Assembly (NCBI GenBank): GCA_964640655.1
Contig: CAZXFT010000007.1
Location: 42,753-106,752 of the forward strand
Direction of reading: 5' to 3'
Length of the DNA: 64,000 nt
From: an uncultured Bifidobacteriaceae bacterium
GTDB taxonomy: Bacteria; Bacteroidota; Bacteroidia; Chitinophagales; UBA10324
Shown here: positions 10,402 to 20,224 of the stretch, piece by piece
How the letters are laid out: each line of letters begins with the position of its first letter
Numbering within the stretch: the stretch's first letter is position 1
Notes under the pieces: generated by a model
What the model was told of the DNA's origin: nothing
What the model saw: only the letters and a program-made list of their open reading frames with translations
Database searches by the model: none
Translations under genes and position numbers: made by a program

Positions 10402-11105
10402 GATTAAAAGAATTTGACGAGGGCAAGGTGTTACTCCTCGACAAACCCTACCGGTGGACATCCAACGATTTAGTGAAGAAAGTAAAGTTTCTGCTACGTG
10501 CTAAAATAGGACATTGCGGCACCTTAGATCCATTAGCATCGGGGCTATTGATTCTTTGTACCGGAAAAGCAACCAAACAATGTGGAATAATACAGGGTCA
10601 AACAAAAGAATATACCGGCACTTTTACGCTTGGTGCCACTACGCCTTCGTTCGATATGGAAACCGGAATTGATGAGAAGTTTGACACAATTCACATTACA
10701 GAAGCACTGATTCATGAAACGTGTAAAGAGTTTATTGGCGAAATTGAACAAGCTCCTCCTGCCTTCTCTGCAAAAAAACATGAAGGCAAGCGTTACTATG
10801 AACTTGCTCGTGCCGGAGAAGCATTTGAAATTAAAAAGTCGAAAGTTAACCTGTACGAGTTTGAAATTACAGCAGTGCGAATGCCTGAGGTGGACTTTCG
10901 AATATTGTGTGGCAAAGGATTTTATGTTCGCTCTTTGGCTTATGATTTTGGTAAAGCGCTTGACAGTGGTGCTTATCTTAGTGCATTGCGTCGCACTCGA
11001 ATTGGAGATTACCGCATTGAAGATGCATGGCAAATAGATCGATTCGTTGAACACATTAAAAATTTGAAGAAAGAACATTATGCCAATTCACACAGACCTG
11101 AATAA
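10398..11105 (+). CDS. truB: tRNA pseudouridine(55) synthase
   Basis: Catalytic-Asp motif [14 protein letters not shown]. Overlaps uppP by 4 nt. Confidence 0.9.
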   Translation: MRLKEFDEGKVLLLDKPYRWTSNDLVKKVKFLLRAKIGHCGTLDPLASGLLILCTGKATKQCGIIQGQTKEYTGTFTLGATTPSFDMETGIDEKFDTIHITEALIHETCKEFIGEIEQAPPAFSAKKHEGKRYYELARAGEAFEIKKSKVNLYEFEITAVRMPEVDFRILCGKGFYVRSLAYDFGKALDSGAYLSALRRTRIGDYRIEDAWQIDRFVEHIKNLKKEHYANSHRPE

Positions 11106-12009
11106 TCTACCCGTGTTTAAGAATGCTGTAATCACTGTAGGCACATTTGATGGTGTTCACAACGGGCATAAAATATTAATCCGACAGATTATTGATGAGT
11201 CTAAAAAACGTGGTGGCGAAAGTGTACTCATAAGTTTTGAACCACATCCCAGATCAGTATTACAACCTCAGAACGATACGTTAAAACTTCTGACAACAAC
11301 AAATGAGAAAACCGCATTGATTGTGCGTGAAGGCGTGGATCATATGGTGATAGCTCCATTCACTAAAGAGTTCTCAATGTTGAGTGCACGTGAGTATATA
11401 GAAAAATTTTTGATCCGGCGTTTTCATCCGGCGGCAATAGTACTTGGGTACAATCATCAGTTCGGACATCACAGAGACGGTAATATTGAATTATTAATGA
11501 AGTGCTCTTCTATTTATCAATACGATGTGATTGAAATTCACAAACAACTGGAGAATGATATTGAAGTAAGTTCAACACGCATAAGAATTGCTCTTCAAGA
11601 AGGTGATGTTAGCACTGCCAATATATTGCTTGGGAGGAAATATTCTTTTAGTGGGATCGTAGTTAAGGGAGATCAGCGCGGCAAAACAATAGGATATCCC
11701 ACAGCTAATGTGCACTTGGATGTTGAGCAAAAGTTGATACCTGCCCGTGGTGTTTATGCGGTGATTGTTTCAGTTCGCGACAAACAACATAAGGGAATGA
11801 TGAACATTGGTGTGCGACCAACTATTGACGGTACAAGTGAAACCATTGAAGCACATCTTTTTGATTTTAATGATGACATATATGGAGAACCTATTCAGGT
11901 TTCCTGTGTATCAAGAATTAGAGACGAAATAAAATTTTCATCCCTCGATGAACTCAAAAATCAGTTGCATCGCGATAAGCAAAATGCAATGATGTTGCTG
12001 CAGATTTAG
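11080..12009 (+). CDS. ribF: bifunctional riboflavin kinase / FMN adenylyltransferase
   Basis: N-terminal GTFDGVHNGH nucleotidyltransferase motif and C-terminal riboflavin kinase region (GYPTANV..GVYAV..GMMNIGVRPT). Confidence 0.9.
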   Translation: MPIHTDLNNLPVFKNAVITVGTFDGVHNGHKILIRQIIDESKKRGGESVLISFEPHPRSVLQPQNDTLKLLTTTNEKTALIVREGVDHMVIAPFTKEFSMLSAREYIEKFLIRRFHPAAIVLGYNHQFGHHRDGNIELLMKCSSIYQYDVIEIHKQLENDIEVSSTRIRIALQEGDVSTANILLGRKYSFSGIVVKGDQRGKTIGYPTANVHLDVEQKLIPARGVYAVIVSVRDKQHKGMMNIGVRPTIDGTSETIEAHLFDFNDDIYGEPIQVSCVSRIRDEIKFSSLDELKNQLHRDKQNAMMLLQI

Positions 12010-13580
12010 CCCACGGCCTTCGACAATTTCTTAATAAGTACAGCGGGTTCAAAGGGCTTAGGAATAAAGTCATTGGCTCCGGCGCTCATAGAGGCCTCTA
12101 ACTCGGCAGGTGTAACTCCTGCAGTCATAACAACAATTGGGATCTTATTACCAGATTCACGAATACGCTTGGTGGCCTCAATGCCATCCATCTCCGGCAT
12201 TTGAATATCCATAATAATCACATCATAATGCTCCTTGGCTAATTTTTCCAAAGTCTCCACACCATTGATTGCAGTATCTATTCGTGCCTGTTTAGCAATG
12301 GATTGAATCAAACCAACTGCAACTATCTGATTAAAGTGATTATCTTCTGCCAGCAATATATTCATGCCATTAACACGCTCAATATCTTTCGGGGTAGGCT
12401 CATCAGTACGTTTAGTGGTTTCATCAGTGCCTATAACATAGTTGATGTTGAATGAAAAGACTGAACCTTTGCCATACTCGCTATCAACCTGTATAGCACC
12501 ACCCTGCGACTCGACTAATTTTTTTGAAATGCTCAACCCTAATCCTGTGCCGCCGTACTTTCGTGTTATGTCTGTAGATGCCTGAGTGAATTTTTCAAAT
12601 ACTTTACTTAAATCTTCGGGCTTCATACCTATTCCCGAATCGCGAACTGAACAATACAGATTGAAATTTTTATTATCAATAAAATTACCAGCCAATAAAA
12701 CTTCAACACCACCCTTCTCGGTAAACTTAATAGCATTTCCCACCAGATTTATCAACACCTGACTCAGCCTTGTAGGATCGCCAATCAATGTGCCCGGCAC
12801 CCGTGAATCAACAATGCAATTTAAAGTAATGCCTTTCTCTTCTGCCTTGAAGCCGAGAGTATCTAACAGATGTTGTGCTATTTCCATGGGTCTGAAAGGA
12901 ATATTTTCAAACTCCATACGACCTGCTTTTACTTTACTCAGGTCTAATATATCATTGATAATTACAATTAAATTCTCGCAAGACATTCTGATTCCACTCA
13001 CATATTTAAGATGCTCTTCATCTTCAAGTTTCTGTTGCAACAAACGTGTCATTCCATAAACGGCATTAAGCGGTGTGCGAATTTCGTGACTCATATTCGC
13101 GAGAAATTGTTGTTCCATCTTTTCACGCTCTTCAGCACGTGTACGCTCTAATTTTTCCTGTTCTAACTGCTCGGCAGTTAAACGTGCGTTTTTAATAAAC
13201 TGCACCTCATCTAACGACTTGGAGAGAGTTTGTTCAAAATCAGAAAAGTCAATTGGTTTTGTTAAGAAGTCGAATGCACCGCGATTCATTGCTGTTCGAA
13301 TGTTTCCCATATCGTTATATGCCGAAACTACTACCACTTTAATGTTGCGATGAATTTCTTTGATGCGCGCCAACAAGGTTAGTCCATCCATATCGGGCAT
13401 ATTAATATCAGTCATAATTAAACCAATATCTGAGTCCGCTTTAAGAACCTCCAATGCTTCCACTCCATTGTTGGCAAAAACAAATTGATACAACCCCTGT
13501 CGTATTTCTCGGCGAAACTGTTGAGATACTAGCAGGGCAACATCAGGTTCATCATCTACAACTAATATTTTTTCAGGCAT
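12006..13580 (-). CDS. hybrid sensor histidine kinase / response regulator (REC-HisKA-HATPase-REC), no transmembrane segment seen
   Basis: N-terminal receiver (ILVVDDEPD..MTDINMPDMDG), H-box SHEIRTPLN, HATPase N/G boxes (NLVGNAIKFT, DSGIGM, GTGLGLSI), and a second receiver (ILLAEDN..IMDIQMPEMDG). Confidence 0.9.
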   Translation of the reverse strand: MPEKILVVDDEPDVALLVSQQFRREIRQGLYQFVFANNGVEALEVLKADSDIGLIMTDINMPDMDGLTLLARIKEIHRNIKVVVVSAYNDMGNIRTAMNRGAFDFLTKPIDFSDFEQTLSKSLDEVQFIKNARLTAEQLEQEKLERTRAEEREKMEQQFLANMSHEIRTPLNAVYGMTRLLQQKLEDEEHLKYVSGIRMSCENLIVIINDILDLSKVKAGRMEFENIPFRPMEIAQHLLDTLGFKAEEKGITLNCIVDSRVPGTLIGDPTRLSQVLINLVGNAIKFTEKGGVEVLLAGNFIDNKNFNLYCSVRDSGIGMKPEDLSKVFEKFTQASTDITRKYGGTGLGLSISKKLVESQGGAIQVDSEYGKGSVFSFNINYVIGTDETTKRTDEPTPKDIERVNGMNILLAEDNHFNQIVAVGLIQSIAKQARIDTAINGVETLEKLAKEHYDVIIMDIQMPEMDGIEATKRIRESGNKIPIVVMTAGVTPAELEASMSAGANDFIPKPFEPAVLIKKLSKAVG

Positions 13581-13677
13581 AGTTTATATTTTTTGGAGAA
13601 CTTGTAAATAAGATAAGGCTGCAGAATAATTTTTTGTTTGCAGACAAGCCACTGAATGAAATTGACTGAAACCATAC

Positions 13678-16600
13678 TTATGAATTATTTACCGGTAATT
13701 GAATTACAAACTCTGTGAATGATCCTGACTGTGTATTCACACGCATATCGCCACCGTGAGCTTTGATAATCTCATAACTCAAACTCAAACCTAATCCTGT
13801 TCCCTGCCCTGTAGGCTTTGTAGTGAAAAAAGGTTGGAATATTTTTTCCCTTATTTCATTGGGAATTCCTGTACCGTTGTCTTTAATACTAATAATAATA
13901 TTATTACCCTGCTGCTCTGATGATACAGTAACAGTTGGTTCATAACTGCCACCTTGTTTTTTGTGTCGTTCATTAACGGCATAAAATGCATTATTCAACA
14001 AGTTTAGTATGACACGACTTACATCCTGTTGAATAATATTGAGCTTCGGTAAATTATTTTGAAGCTGTTTTTTTATCTGACAGTTAAAATCAATATGTGT
14101 AGAGCGCATTCCCTGAAAAGCCAAAGTAGCTGTGTCGTCCAGCAACTTATTCAAGTCTGACATTTGTTTATCGTTTGATGACTGACGTGCGTGCATCATC
14201 ATACTACTGACAATATTATTTGCTCGTGCTCCATGTTCATGAATTTTTGAAATGTTCTGCTGTATCGTTTGAATAATATCTGCTTTGTCTTCCGCAGAAT
14301 CGCTCTCTAAAAATTCGTCAATAAGCTCTTTAGAGATTTTAGAAAAGTTATTGACAAAATTGAGTGGATTCTTGATCTCGTGAGCGATACCTGCAGTGAG
14401 CTGACCTAGTGATGCCATCTTCTCAGACTGAATCAATTGTTGTTGCGTTTGTTTCAGATCATTCAATGCTTTTTCCAGTTCAGTTGACTTCTTTTCAACC
14501 TTCTCCTTTTCTTCGCTCAACTGTCGGGTTCGTTCTGTTACACGACTTTCCAACAAGATATTGGCACGACGCAGGTTACGTGTGCGTAGTTGAAAGAACA
14601 AATAGATAAACAGAATTAAACTAAGTGCAGACAAGGTGTAGAACCACCACGTTCTCCAAAATGGAGGATTGATAACGATAGTGATGTATGCACCATCTTC
14701 ATTCCATATACCATCGTTATTAGCTGCTTTAACTTTGAAACGATAAGTTCCGTGGTCCAGATTAGTATATGCCACATAGCGCCGATTACCAGCATTCACC
14801 CAATCTTTTTCAGAGCCTTCCAGCATATATGCATATGTATTTTTATCCGGGAACACATAATTCAAACCTGAAAACTCAAATGAGATGAAGTTTTGATCGT
14901 AGTTGAGTACGATGCTTTTTTTCAACGATATGAGAGAATCAAGTTTGTGTTCTTTATCAAACAGTTTAAAACTGGTAATAACTACTGCCGGTTTGTTGTT
15001 GTTATAAATGATTTCGTCCGGATTAAAGATATTCATACCATTAACCCCACCAAATACAATGATGTTATTGCCAAGGTAGGCCGCAGAGCCGTTATTGTAC
15101 TTGTACTGTAAGCCATCAAGTTCATTAAAATTTCTAAATGCTACTTGTCCGGATTCAGTCTTTTTAACGTTGCTGATTCCGTTGCCTGTACTTAACCAAA
15201 CATCATCTTTACCATTGGTCATTATGGATAAGATAATGTTATCCGGTAAACCTGACTCTTCATTAAAATGTTTGAAATTATTTGATCCAACTGACTCGGT
15301 AATATTTAATCCGCCACCATACGTGCCTACGTATATTAATCCGTTATGGTCTTTCTTTAAACAATTGATATAGTTTGAACTAATACTCCCTGATGAGTTT
15401 GAATATTGAAGTGCCTTTATGGAGCCATCGCTCTGCATTACGTTAATGCCACCTCCACGTGTACCTATCCAGATGTTACCGTTGTTATCTTCTTCAAAAC
15501 CTGTAATCCAGTTATTATTGACACCACGAATTGATTCAGATTTGCTAAAGTCGTGTTGTTTGATAAGATAAACTCCTGAACCTTTGGTTCCAACCCATAT
15601 GTTATGTTGAGAATCTTCAAACAGTGCAGTTATATAGTGGGTTACTTTATTGTTAAGAGATACTGAATTCAATTTGCTGGAACCGGAAGTAAATACGGCA
15701 AGTCCCTCAGTAGTGCCGGCTAGCAATGCTCCGTTGGTAGTGTAAAGCAATGCAGTGATGTTATCTGAAGGCAAACCATCGTTGGTACGATATAATTTAT
15801 TCAGTCGTCCATATTTATTCAGATTAGCAAGACCATTACCGAGAATACCTACCCAAATTTCTCCATCTTTACCTGCCGAGAGTGCGAACACATTATTATT
15901 CAATGACTCCTGAATAGTGGTTGTACGGAATTTAATCTGACTGCGATCATACGTATTCAGTCCATATGTGGTGCCTATCCATAATGTGCCTGAGCGTTCT
16001 ACCATTACACACCAAACGGTGTTGTTACTGAGCGATGAAGGATTGTTTACATTGTTAGAGTATCGCGTGCATCGACCAGTACTTGTGTTCAAAGCATTTA
16101 ACCCACCACCAAGAGTTCCCACCCATAATGTACCGAACTTGTCTTCTGTAATAGCAAACACGCTATTCTGACTTAGTGATGCATCATTGCCTGGTTCATT
16201 GCTATATAATTTATACTGACCAGTACTTACATTTAAACTGTTTAATCCACTATTGAGTGTTCCAATCCAAACAGTATTGTTCTTGCCTACGAAAAGAGAT
16301 GCAACGTAATTTTCACTAATCGAGTTTGAGTTATTTCCGGATTCATATAACGACGACTTTTTTGTCATCATATTATAACGCACCAAACCGCGTCCGCTAC
16401 TGCCAATCCACAGTGAACCTTTTTCGTCGGTTGCTAAAGCTGTAATATATCGGGTAAATGGTACTGTGGAATTTCGATATAGCTTTTCAACCTCACCATT
16501 TTTCTTATTGTAAATGTTTACACCACCACCATTAGTTCCAATGCAAATGTAGTCACCGTACTCCGCAAATGCAGTGATGTGCATACTATTTAAATTGAAT

Positions 16601-16977
16601 TTGGATGTAGAATCGTTATTAAATCGCTTAAATATTCCACTTACCTGATTGAATAAACACAAGCCTTCATCGGTTCCTACCCACACATTATTTTCGGCAT
16701 CTACATGCAGCGCACGAACTACGTTGTTTGGTATAGTATGCGTATCAGTAGGATTATATTCATAATGATGAAAAGTATAACCATCGAATTTATTAAGACC
16801 GTCTTCTGTACCAAACCACATAAAGCCGAATTTATCCTGTGCTGTGCAGTATATGGTATTATTGCTCAAGCCATCAGTAACCGAATATCTTCTGAATGAT
16901 AGTGGTTGGGCAATAATTGATTCGCCGATTAATAAAAATAGCAGTAATAATTGTGTAGCCTGTAATTGTTTAACCAT
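13678..16977 (-). CDS. two-component-regulator-propeller sensor histidine kinase (periplasmic beta-propellers + Y_Y_Y domain + TM + HisKA/HATPase), no receiver or output domain
   Basis: Signal peptide, then many repeats of the type G.LW.GT..GL. Y_Y_Y-like region (YAYMLEG..W..RYVAYTNLDHGTYRFKVKA), one TM (WWFYTLSALSLILFIYLFF), H-box AHEIKNPLN and G-box GTGLGLS. Confidence 0.9.
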   Translation of the reverse strand: MVKQLQATQLLLLFLLIGESIIAQPLSFRRYSVTDGLSNNTIYCTAQDKFGFMWFGTEDGLNKFDGYTFHHYEYNPTDTHTIPNNVVRALHVDAENNVWVGTDEGLCLFNQVSGIFKRFNNDSTSKFNLNSMHITAFAEYGDYICIGTNGGGVNIYNKKNGEVEKLYRNSTVPFTRYITALATDEKGSLWIGSSGRGLVRYNMMTKKSSLYESGNNSNSISENYVASLFVGKNNTVWIGTLNSGLNSLNVSTGQYKLYSNEPGNDASLSQNSVFAITEDKFGTLWVGTLGGGLNALNTSTGRCTRYSNNVNNPSSLSNNTVWCVMVERSGTLWIGTTYGLNTYDRSQIKFRTTTIQESLNNNVFALSAGKDGEIWVGILGNGLANLNKYGRLNKLYRTNDGLPSDNITALLYTTNGALLAGTTEGLAVFTSGSSKLNSVSLNNKVTHYITALFEDSQHNIWVGTKGSGVYLIKQHDFSKSESIRGVNNNWITGFEEDNNGNIWIGTRGGGINVMQSDGSIKALQYSNSSGSISSNYINCLKKDHNGLIYVGTYGGGLNITESVGSNNFKHFNEESGLPDNIILSIMTNGKDDVWLSTGNGISNVKKTESGQVAFRNFNELDGLQYKYNNGSAAYLGNNIIVFGGVNGMNIFNPDEIIYNNNKPAVVITSFKLFDKEHKLDSLISLKKSIVLNYDQNFISFEFSGLNYVFPDKNTYAYMLEGSEKDWVNAGNRRYVAYTNLDHGTYRFKVKAANNDGIWNEDGAYITIVINPPFWRTWWFYTLSALSLILFIYLFFQLRTRNLRRANILLESRVTERTRQLSEEKEKVEKKSTELEKALNDLKQTQQQLIQSEKMASLGQLTAGIAHEIKNPLNFVNNFSKISKELIDEFLESDSAEDKADIIQTIQQNISKIHEHGARANNIVSSMMMHARQSSNDKQMSDLNKLLDDTATLAFQGMRSTHIDFNCQIKKQLQNNLPKLNIIQQDVSRVILNLLNNAFYAVNERHKKQGGSYEPTVTVSSEQQGNNIIISIKDNGTGIPNEIREKIFQPFFTTKPTGQGTGLGLSLSYEIIKAHGGDMRVNTQSGSFTEFVIQLPVNNS

Positions 16978-16981
16978 CCGC

Positions 16982-18256
16982 TTATTTTTTACCGGTGCCT
17001 TTACATACTATACAAGAAATATAACCTGCCTGACGAAGCACCTCATCTACTGTATATGTGACATAATTCTTGGGACCTATGCCATTACTGATATCCTTTG
17101 TAACCACTTTTTGTCTTTTTATTTCCTGCTGATAAACTTTACCGGTGCCGTTACACTTAGAGCATTTCAGTTCAACAGGTTTATCGGGGATAGTGTTACT
17201 CACATTACTATTAGTATTATCCAGATTTGTGTTGGCATCAATTGGCCTGTTGGCATCCGTAGTTCTTGATGAGTCTGGCTTAAGTGTGTTAATATCGGCA
17301 CTTTCAATTACCTTAGGTTTAATAAAAATGGTGTCGGTTTTTGATTCGTGAACAGCCAACAAACCTGAAACTAATTTTCCATTTTTATAAATCACAGGAA
17401 TACTATCTCCTTCAGCAGTTATTAAAACACCTTCACCTTCATATTCTCCATTATTAAATTTTCCAATGTACCTGTCGCCATTTTTATAATAATAAACACC
17501 CGAGCCGTGGTAAGCGCCATTCAAATAGGAGCCGTCAAACTTATCGCCGTTGCTGTATCGGCTAATACCTATTCCCTGAATACCATCATTCAAAAAGTCC
17601 CCTTCATATTCACTGCCATCAGGAAAATGATAAATGCCTTTGCCTTGCTTCACGTTGTTAATGAAATTGCCTTTGTAGAATGAGCCATCGTTATATGTAT
17701 AGGTTCCCTCGCCATTGTAGAGGTCAGCTTTGAAGTTACCCTTATATGAAGAACCATTGTTAAATAAAAACTCACCATATCCCTGCTTTTTGTTTTTAAA
17801 AAAGCCTCCGGTGAATTTATTGCCGCTGGCAAATTCGTAAGTGCCTTGCCCCTCAAATTGGCCATTGATAAAATCACCGGTGTATTTATCGCCATTGACT
17901 AATTCCAAAGTGCCTTTACCTTCCATTCTGTTGGCTACAAAGTTTCCGGTGTAGATATTACCGCTGTTGAAATACATCTTACCCTCACCTACTTTAATAT
18001 TGTTTTCGAAGTTGCCTTCATATTTATTTCCGTTCAGGTAGGTCATCACACCCTTACCATTTGGAGTTCCGTTCTTAAAAGAACCGGTGTATTTATTACC
18101 ATTTACATAATGTAATGTACCTGTTCCATTTTTACAATCACCAACAAGGCAGGTATCACCATAACTATTAACTGTTTGAGCACAAGCCGAGGAGGGTAAA
18201 AACAATGATGCACATGAGTATATAGTAACAAGATATATCAAGCGGATGAAGTTCAT
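16982..18256 (-). CDS. secreted MORN-repeat protein with a C-terminal DnaJ-type 2x CxxCxGxG zinc-finger module
   Basis: Signal peptide (MNFIRLIYLVTIYSCASLFLPSSACAQ) and about 12 MORN units (YxGxfxnGxxxGxG). After a linker come KCSKCNGTGK and SCIVCKGTGKK. The stop is 4 nt from the start of the propeller kinase gene. Confidence 0.8.
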   Translation of the reverse strand: MNFIRLIYLVTIYSCASLFLPSSACAQTVNSYGDTCLVGDCKNGTGTLHYVNGNKYTGSFKNGTPNGKGVMTYLNGNKYEGNFENNIKVGEGKMYFNSGNIYTGNFVANRMEGKGTLELVNGDKYTGDFINGQFEGQGTYEFASGNKFTGGFFKNKKQGYGEFLFNNGSSYKGNFKADLYNGEGTYTYNDGSFYKGNFINNVKQGKGIYHFPDGSEYEGDFLNDGIQGIGISRYSNGDKFDGSYLNGAYHGSGVYYYKNGDRYIGKFNNGEYEGEGVLITAEGDSIPVIYKNGKLVSGLLAVHESKTDTIFIKPKVIESADINTLKPDSSRTTDANRPIDANTNLDNTNSNVSNTIPDKPVELKCSKCNGTGKVYQQEIKRQKVVTKDISNGIGPKNYVTYTVDEVLRQAGYISCIVCKGTGKK

Positions 18257-18308
18257 TGGTTTCAGTTTCGGTGAGTTAAAATTAAAGCAATTGCTATAAT
18301 GATGCCGT

Positions 18309-18345
18309 AAAAAAAAATCCCCGCAGCTAATAGGCGGCGGGGATT
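18309..18345 (-). terminator. Rho-independent terminator after the small ORF 18369-18599
   Basis: ATCCCCGC (18317-18324) pairs with GCGGGGAT (18337-18344). On the minus strand the hairpin is followed by a 9-nt T-run (the A-run 18309-18317 on +). Confidence 0.8.
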
Positions 18346-18368
18346 CATAAAGTAGGGTTAGGGTATTT

Positions 18369-18599
18369 TTATTTCTTTACTCTTACCGAAAGTTCATCTA
18401 CCAGATTGAGTACGTTGCTATCGAGAAACTCGTCGAACTTATTGACAATTTCATTTTCAAATTTTTCGCAGCAGGCATCTGTAAGCTGAAGCTCAAGGTT
18501 GTCGTCGGTTTTGTGCAGTTGTATTCCGGCTGATTTATGATGTTCATTGCAAGTCATTAATCCTAATTGACGCTGAATAAACAGAAGTTGAAGATTCAT
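18369..18599 (-). CDS. small hypothetical protein (76 aa from the ATG at 18599)
   Basis: ORF with its own terminator. The listed 94-aa version starts inside an upstream hairpin, so the MNLQLL start is preferred. No recognisable motif. Confidence 0.4.
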   Translation of the reverse strand: MNLQLLFIQRQLGLMTCNEHHKSAGIQLHKTDDNLELQLTDACCEKFENEIVNKFDEFLDSNVLNLVDELSVRVKK

Positions 18600-18633
18600 G
18601 ATGGGTGTTTTTTTGATCTGACGTAAACATAAT

Positions 18634-18651
18634 ACGGCTGCTAACAGCCGC
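18634..18651 (-). terminator. short hairpin downstream of the alkylation-repair gene (possible weak terminator)
   Basis: ACGGCTG / CAGCCG(C) stem around a 4-nt loop. On the minus strand it is followed by the U-rich TATTATGTTT. Confidence 0.35.
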
Positions 18652-18746
18652 AAGAGGGATTTTGTAAAAGTTATTCACGTTTACAAGTCAGTAACTCTAA
18701 TGAAATATGCAGTTAAACGGCTTCGAAAAATGTCTGAGATAAAGCG

Positions 18747-19436
18747 TTACAAGTGTTTCAGCGCTTCGCGTACAGTTAAAGCCGGCAAGGAATGAGCGCC
18801 AACAAAGTCTTTTACTGCTTTAGCACTGGTGCGGGCATATTGGCGCAGTGCCCAACCCATTGCTTTTTGTATGAAAAATTCTTTCGACTTGCGGTGGTAT
18901 AAAATGTAATCGAAGAGTAACTCAGTGTCGGTTTTGTCTTTGTATGTTAATTGAAAAATGATACTTACCCTTTGCAACCACATATGATCTCCACGATTCC
19001 ATCGCCTGGTGATGGGTTTAATTTGTTTGGGATACAGTTTGAAATATTCTCCCACCAGTTTGCTGCTGATGTAGTCCACTGAGTCCCACCAGCTTTGGTG
19101 CGTAATCATCATTTCAAAAAGCTGAATAGTATCAATAGTCCAATGCTTTTTATAGTGCATCATCCACTCGATGGCGGCGTAGTGGTACTCTCTTTCTTTT
19201 TGCTGCCAGAGGAAGTTTACCAACTCGCAGACTTCGTTGAACGGCAGTGCGGCTTCGTTGATTAACACTTTGGTGTGCTTGCGCCGCTCGTTGGTATCGC
19301 AGCCATAAAACACAAACAAGTGGCGCATATATGCACCTGCACCGGCAGCTTTCACCGGGTTACTTAGCGTCTCGTGTAATTGTTTAAGTTGCTCAAATGT
19401 TTTATTAGCGGTTTTACTCATTTTAATTTTTGTCAT
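18747..19436 (-). CDS. DNA alkylation repair protein (AlkC/AlkD-like HEAT-repeat family)
   Basis: 229 aa with family-typical motifs (SWWDSVD, MWLQRVSII, EFFIQKAMGWALRQYAR, LPALTVREALKHL). Confidence 0.75.
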   Translation of the reverse strand: MTKIKMSKTANKTFEQLKQLHETLSNPVKAAGAGAYMRHLFVFYGCDTNERRKHTKVLINEAALPFNEVCELVNFLWQQKEREYHYAAIEWMMHYKKHWTIDTIQLFEMMITHQSWWDSVDYISSKLVGEYFKLYPKQIKPITRRWNRGDHMWLQRVSIIFQLTYKDKTDTELLFDYILYHRKSKEFFIQKAMGWALRQYARTSAKAVKDFVGAHSLPALTVREALKHL

Positions 19437-20206
19437 GATTTACCCATGGCGGCTGTGCGCATTTCATTGGCCAGTTGAGGCCCTAAATATTTTTCTATCT
19501 GATGATGTAATAAGTAGATTACGGGTGTAAGAATTATAGCCATCAGAAATTTATAAACGTAGTTCAACACACAAATGGCCAACACCAATTTAAAACTCCA
19601 TCCCTGACCTACATAAAATGCTATGAACAGCACCACGAAGCTGTCAATGAGCTGCGATACTAATGTGCTTCCTGTTGCGCGCAGCCAGATGAGCTTTTCG
19701 CCGGTGAAGGATTTTATTTTGTGAAACAACAACACATCAGTTATTTGCCCTATAAGAAAAGCGCACAGCGAACCAATAATAATCCAGGAGCCCTGACCAA
19801 AGATGGCTACATAAGCATGTTGCATGTCGGGTACTCCTTTCCCGTTGTTCACGCTTATCCAAAAATCGGCCGGAGGCAAAGCCATAGCCGCAGTGAACAT
19901 GATAAAGGTGTAAGCAATTAATGCCGCAGCTAGGTAGCTGAGCATTCGTACTCCTTTGGGACCGTAATACTCATTGATGACATCGGTGAAAATGAACACC
20001 ACAGGCCACAACAATACTCCCGCCGTGAGATTAAACGATAATCCTTCCACACCAAACAAGGTGAGGTTAGCTGTATTGAAGCCCAGCAACTTTTCCAACG
20101 AAAATATTTTTACCCCTATGCACTCGGCCACAATGGCATTGCATATAAAGAAAGCACTCAGGTAAATAAAAAGTCTTGTGCTTTTGTGCGAGAGGTTAGA
20201 GTGCAT
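19433..20206 (-). CDS. yhhQ: queuosine-precursor transporter (YhhQ/VUT family)
   Basis: 257-aa polytopic membrane protein with LWPVVFIFTDVINEYYG and the QLIDSFVVLFIAF motif. The stop overlaps the next start (ATGA). Confidence 0.75.
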   Translation of the reverse strand: MHSNLSHKSTRLFIYLSAFFICNAIVAECIGVKIFSLEKLLGFNTANLTLFGVEGLSFNLTAGVLLWPVVFIFTDVINEYYGPKGVRMLSYLAAALIAYTFIMFTAAMALPPADFWISVNNGKGVPDMQHAYVAIFGQGSWIIIGSLCAFLIGQITDVLLFHKIKSFTGEKLIWLRATGSTLVSQLIDSFVVLFIAFYVGQGWSFKLVLAICVLNYVYKFLMAIILTPVIYLLHHQIEKYLGPQLANEMRTAAMGKS

Positions 20207-20224
20207 GCTGTAGGCCGCTGAATA

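Noticed and set aside
10545-11078. 177-aa minus-strand ORF, and the 107-aa ORF at 10714-11037
   Set aside because: Both are embedded in truB, which has the catalytic [11 protein letters not shown] motif, and neither has motifs of its own.
16844-17269. 141-aa plus-strand ORF spanning the kinase/MORN gene junction
   Set aside because: It is antisense to two well-supported genes and crosses their boundary.
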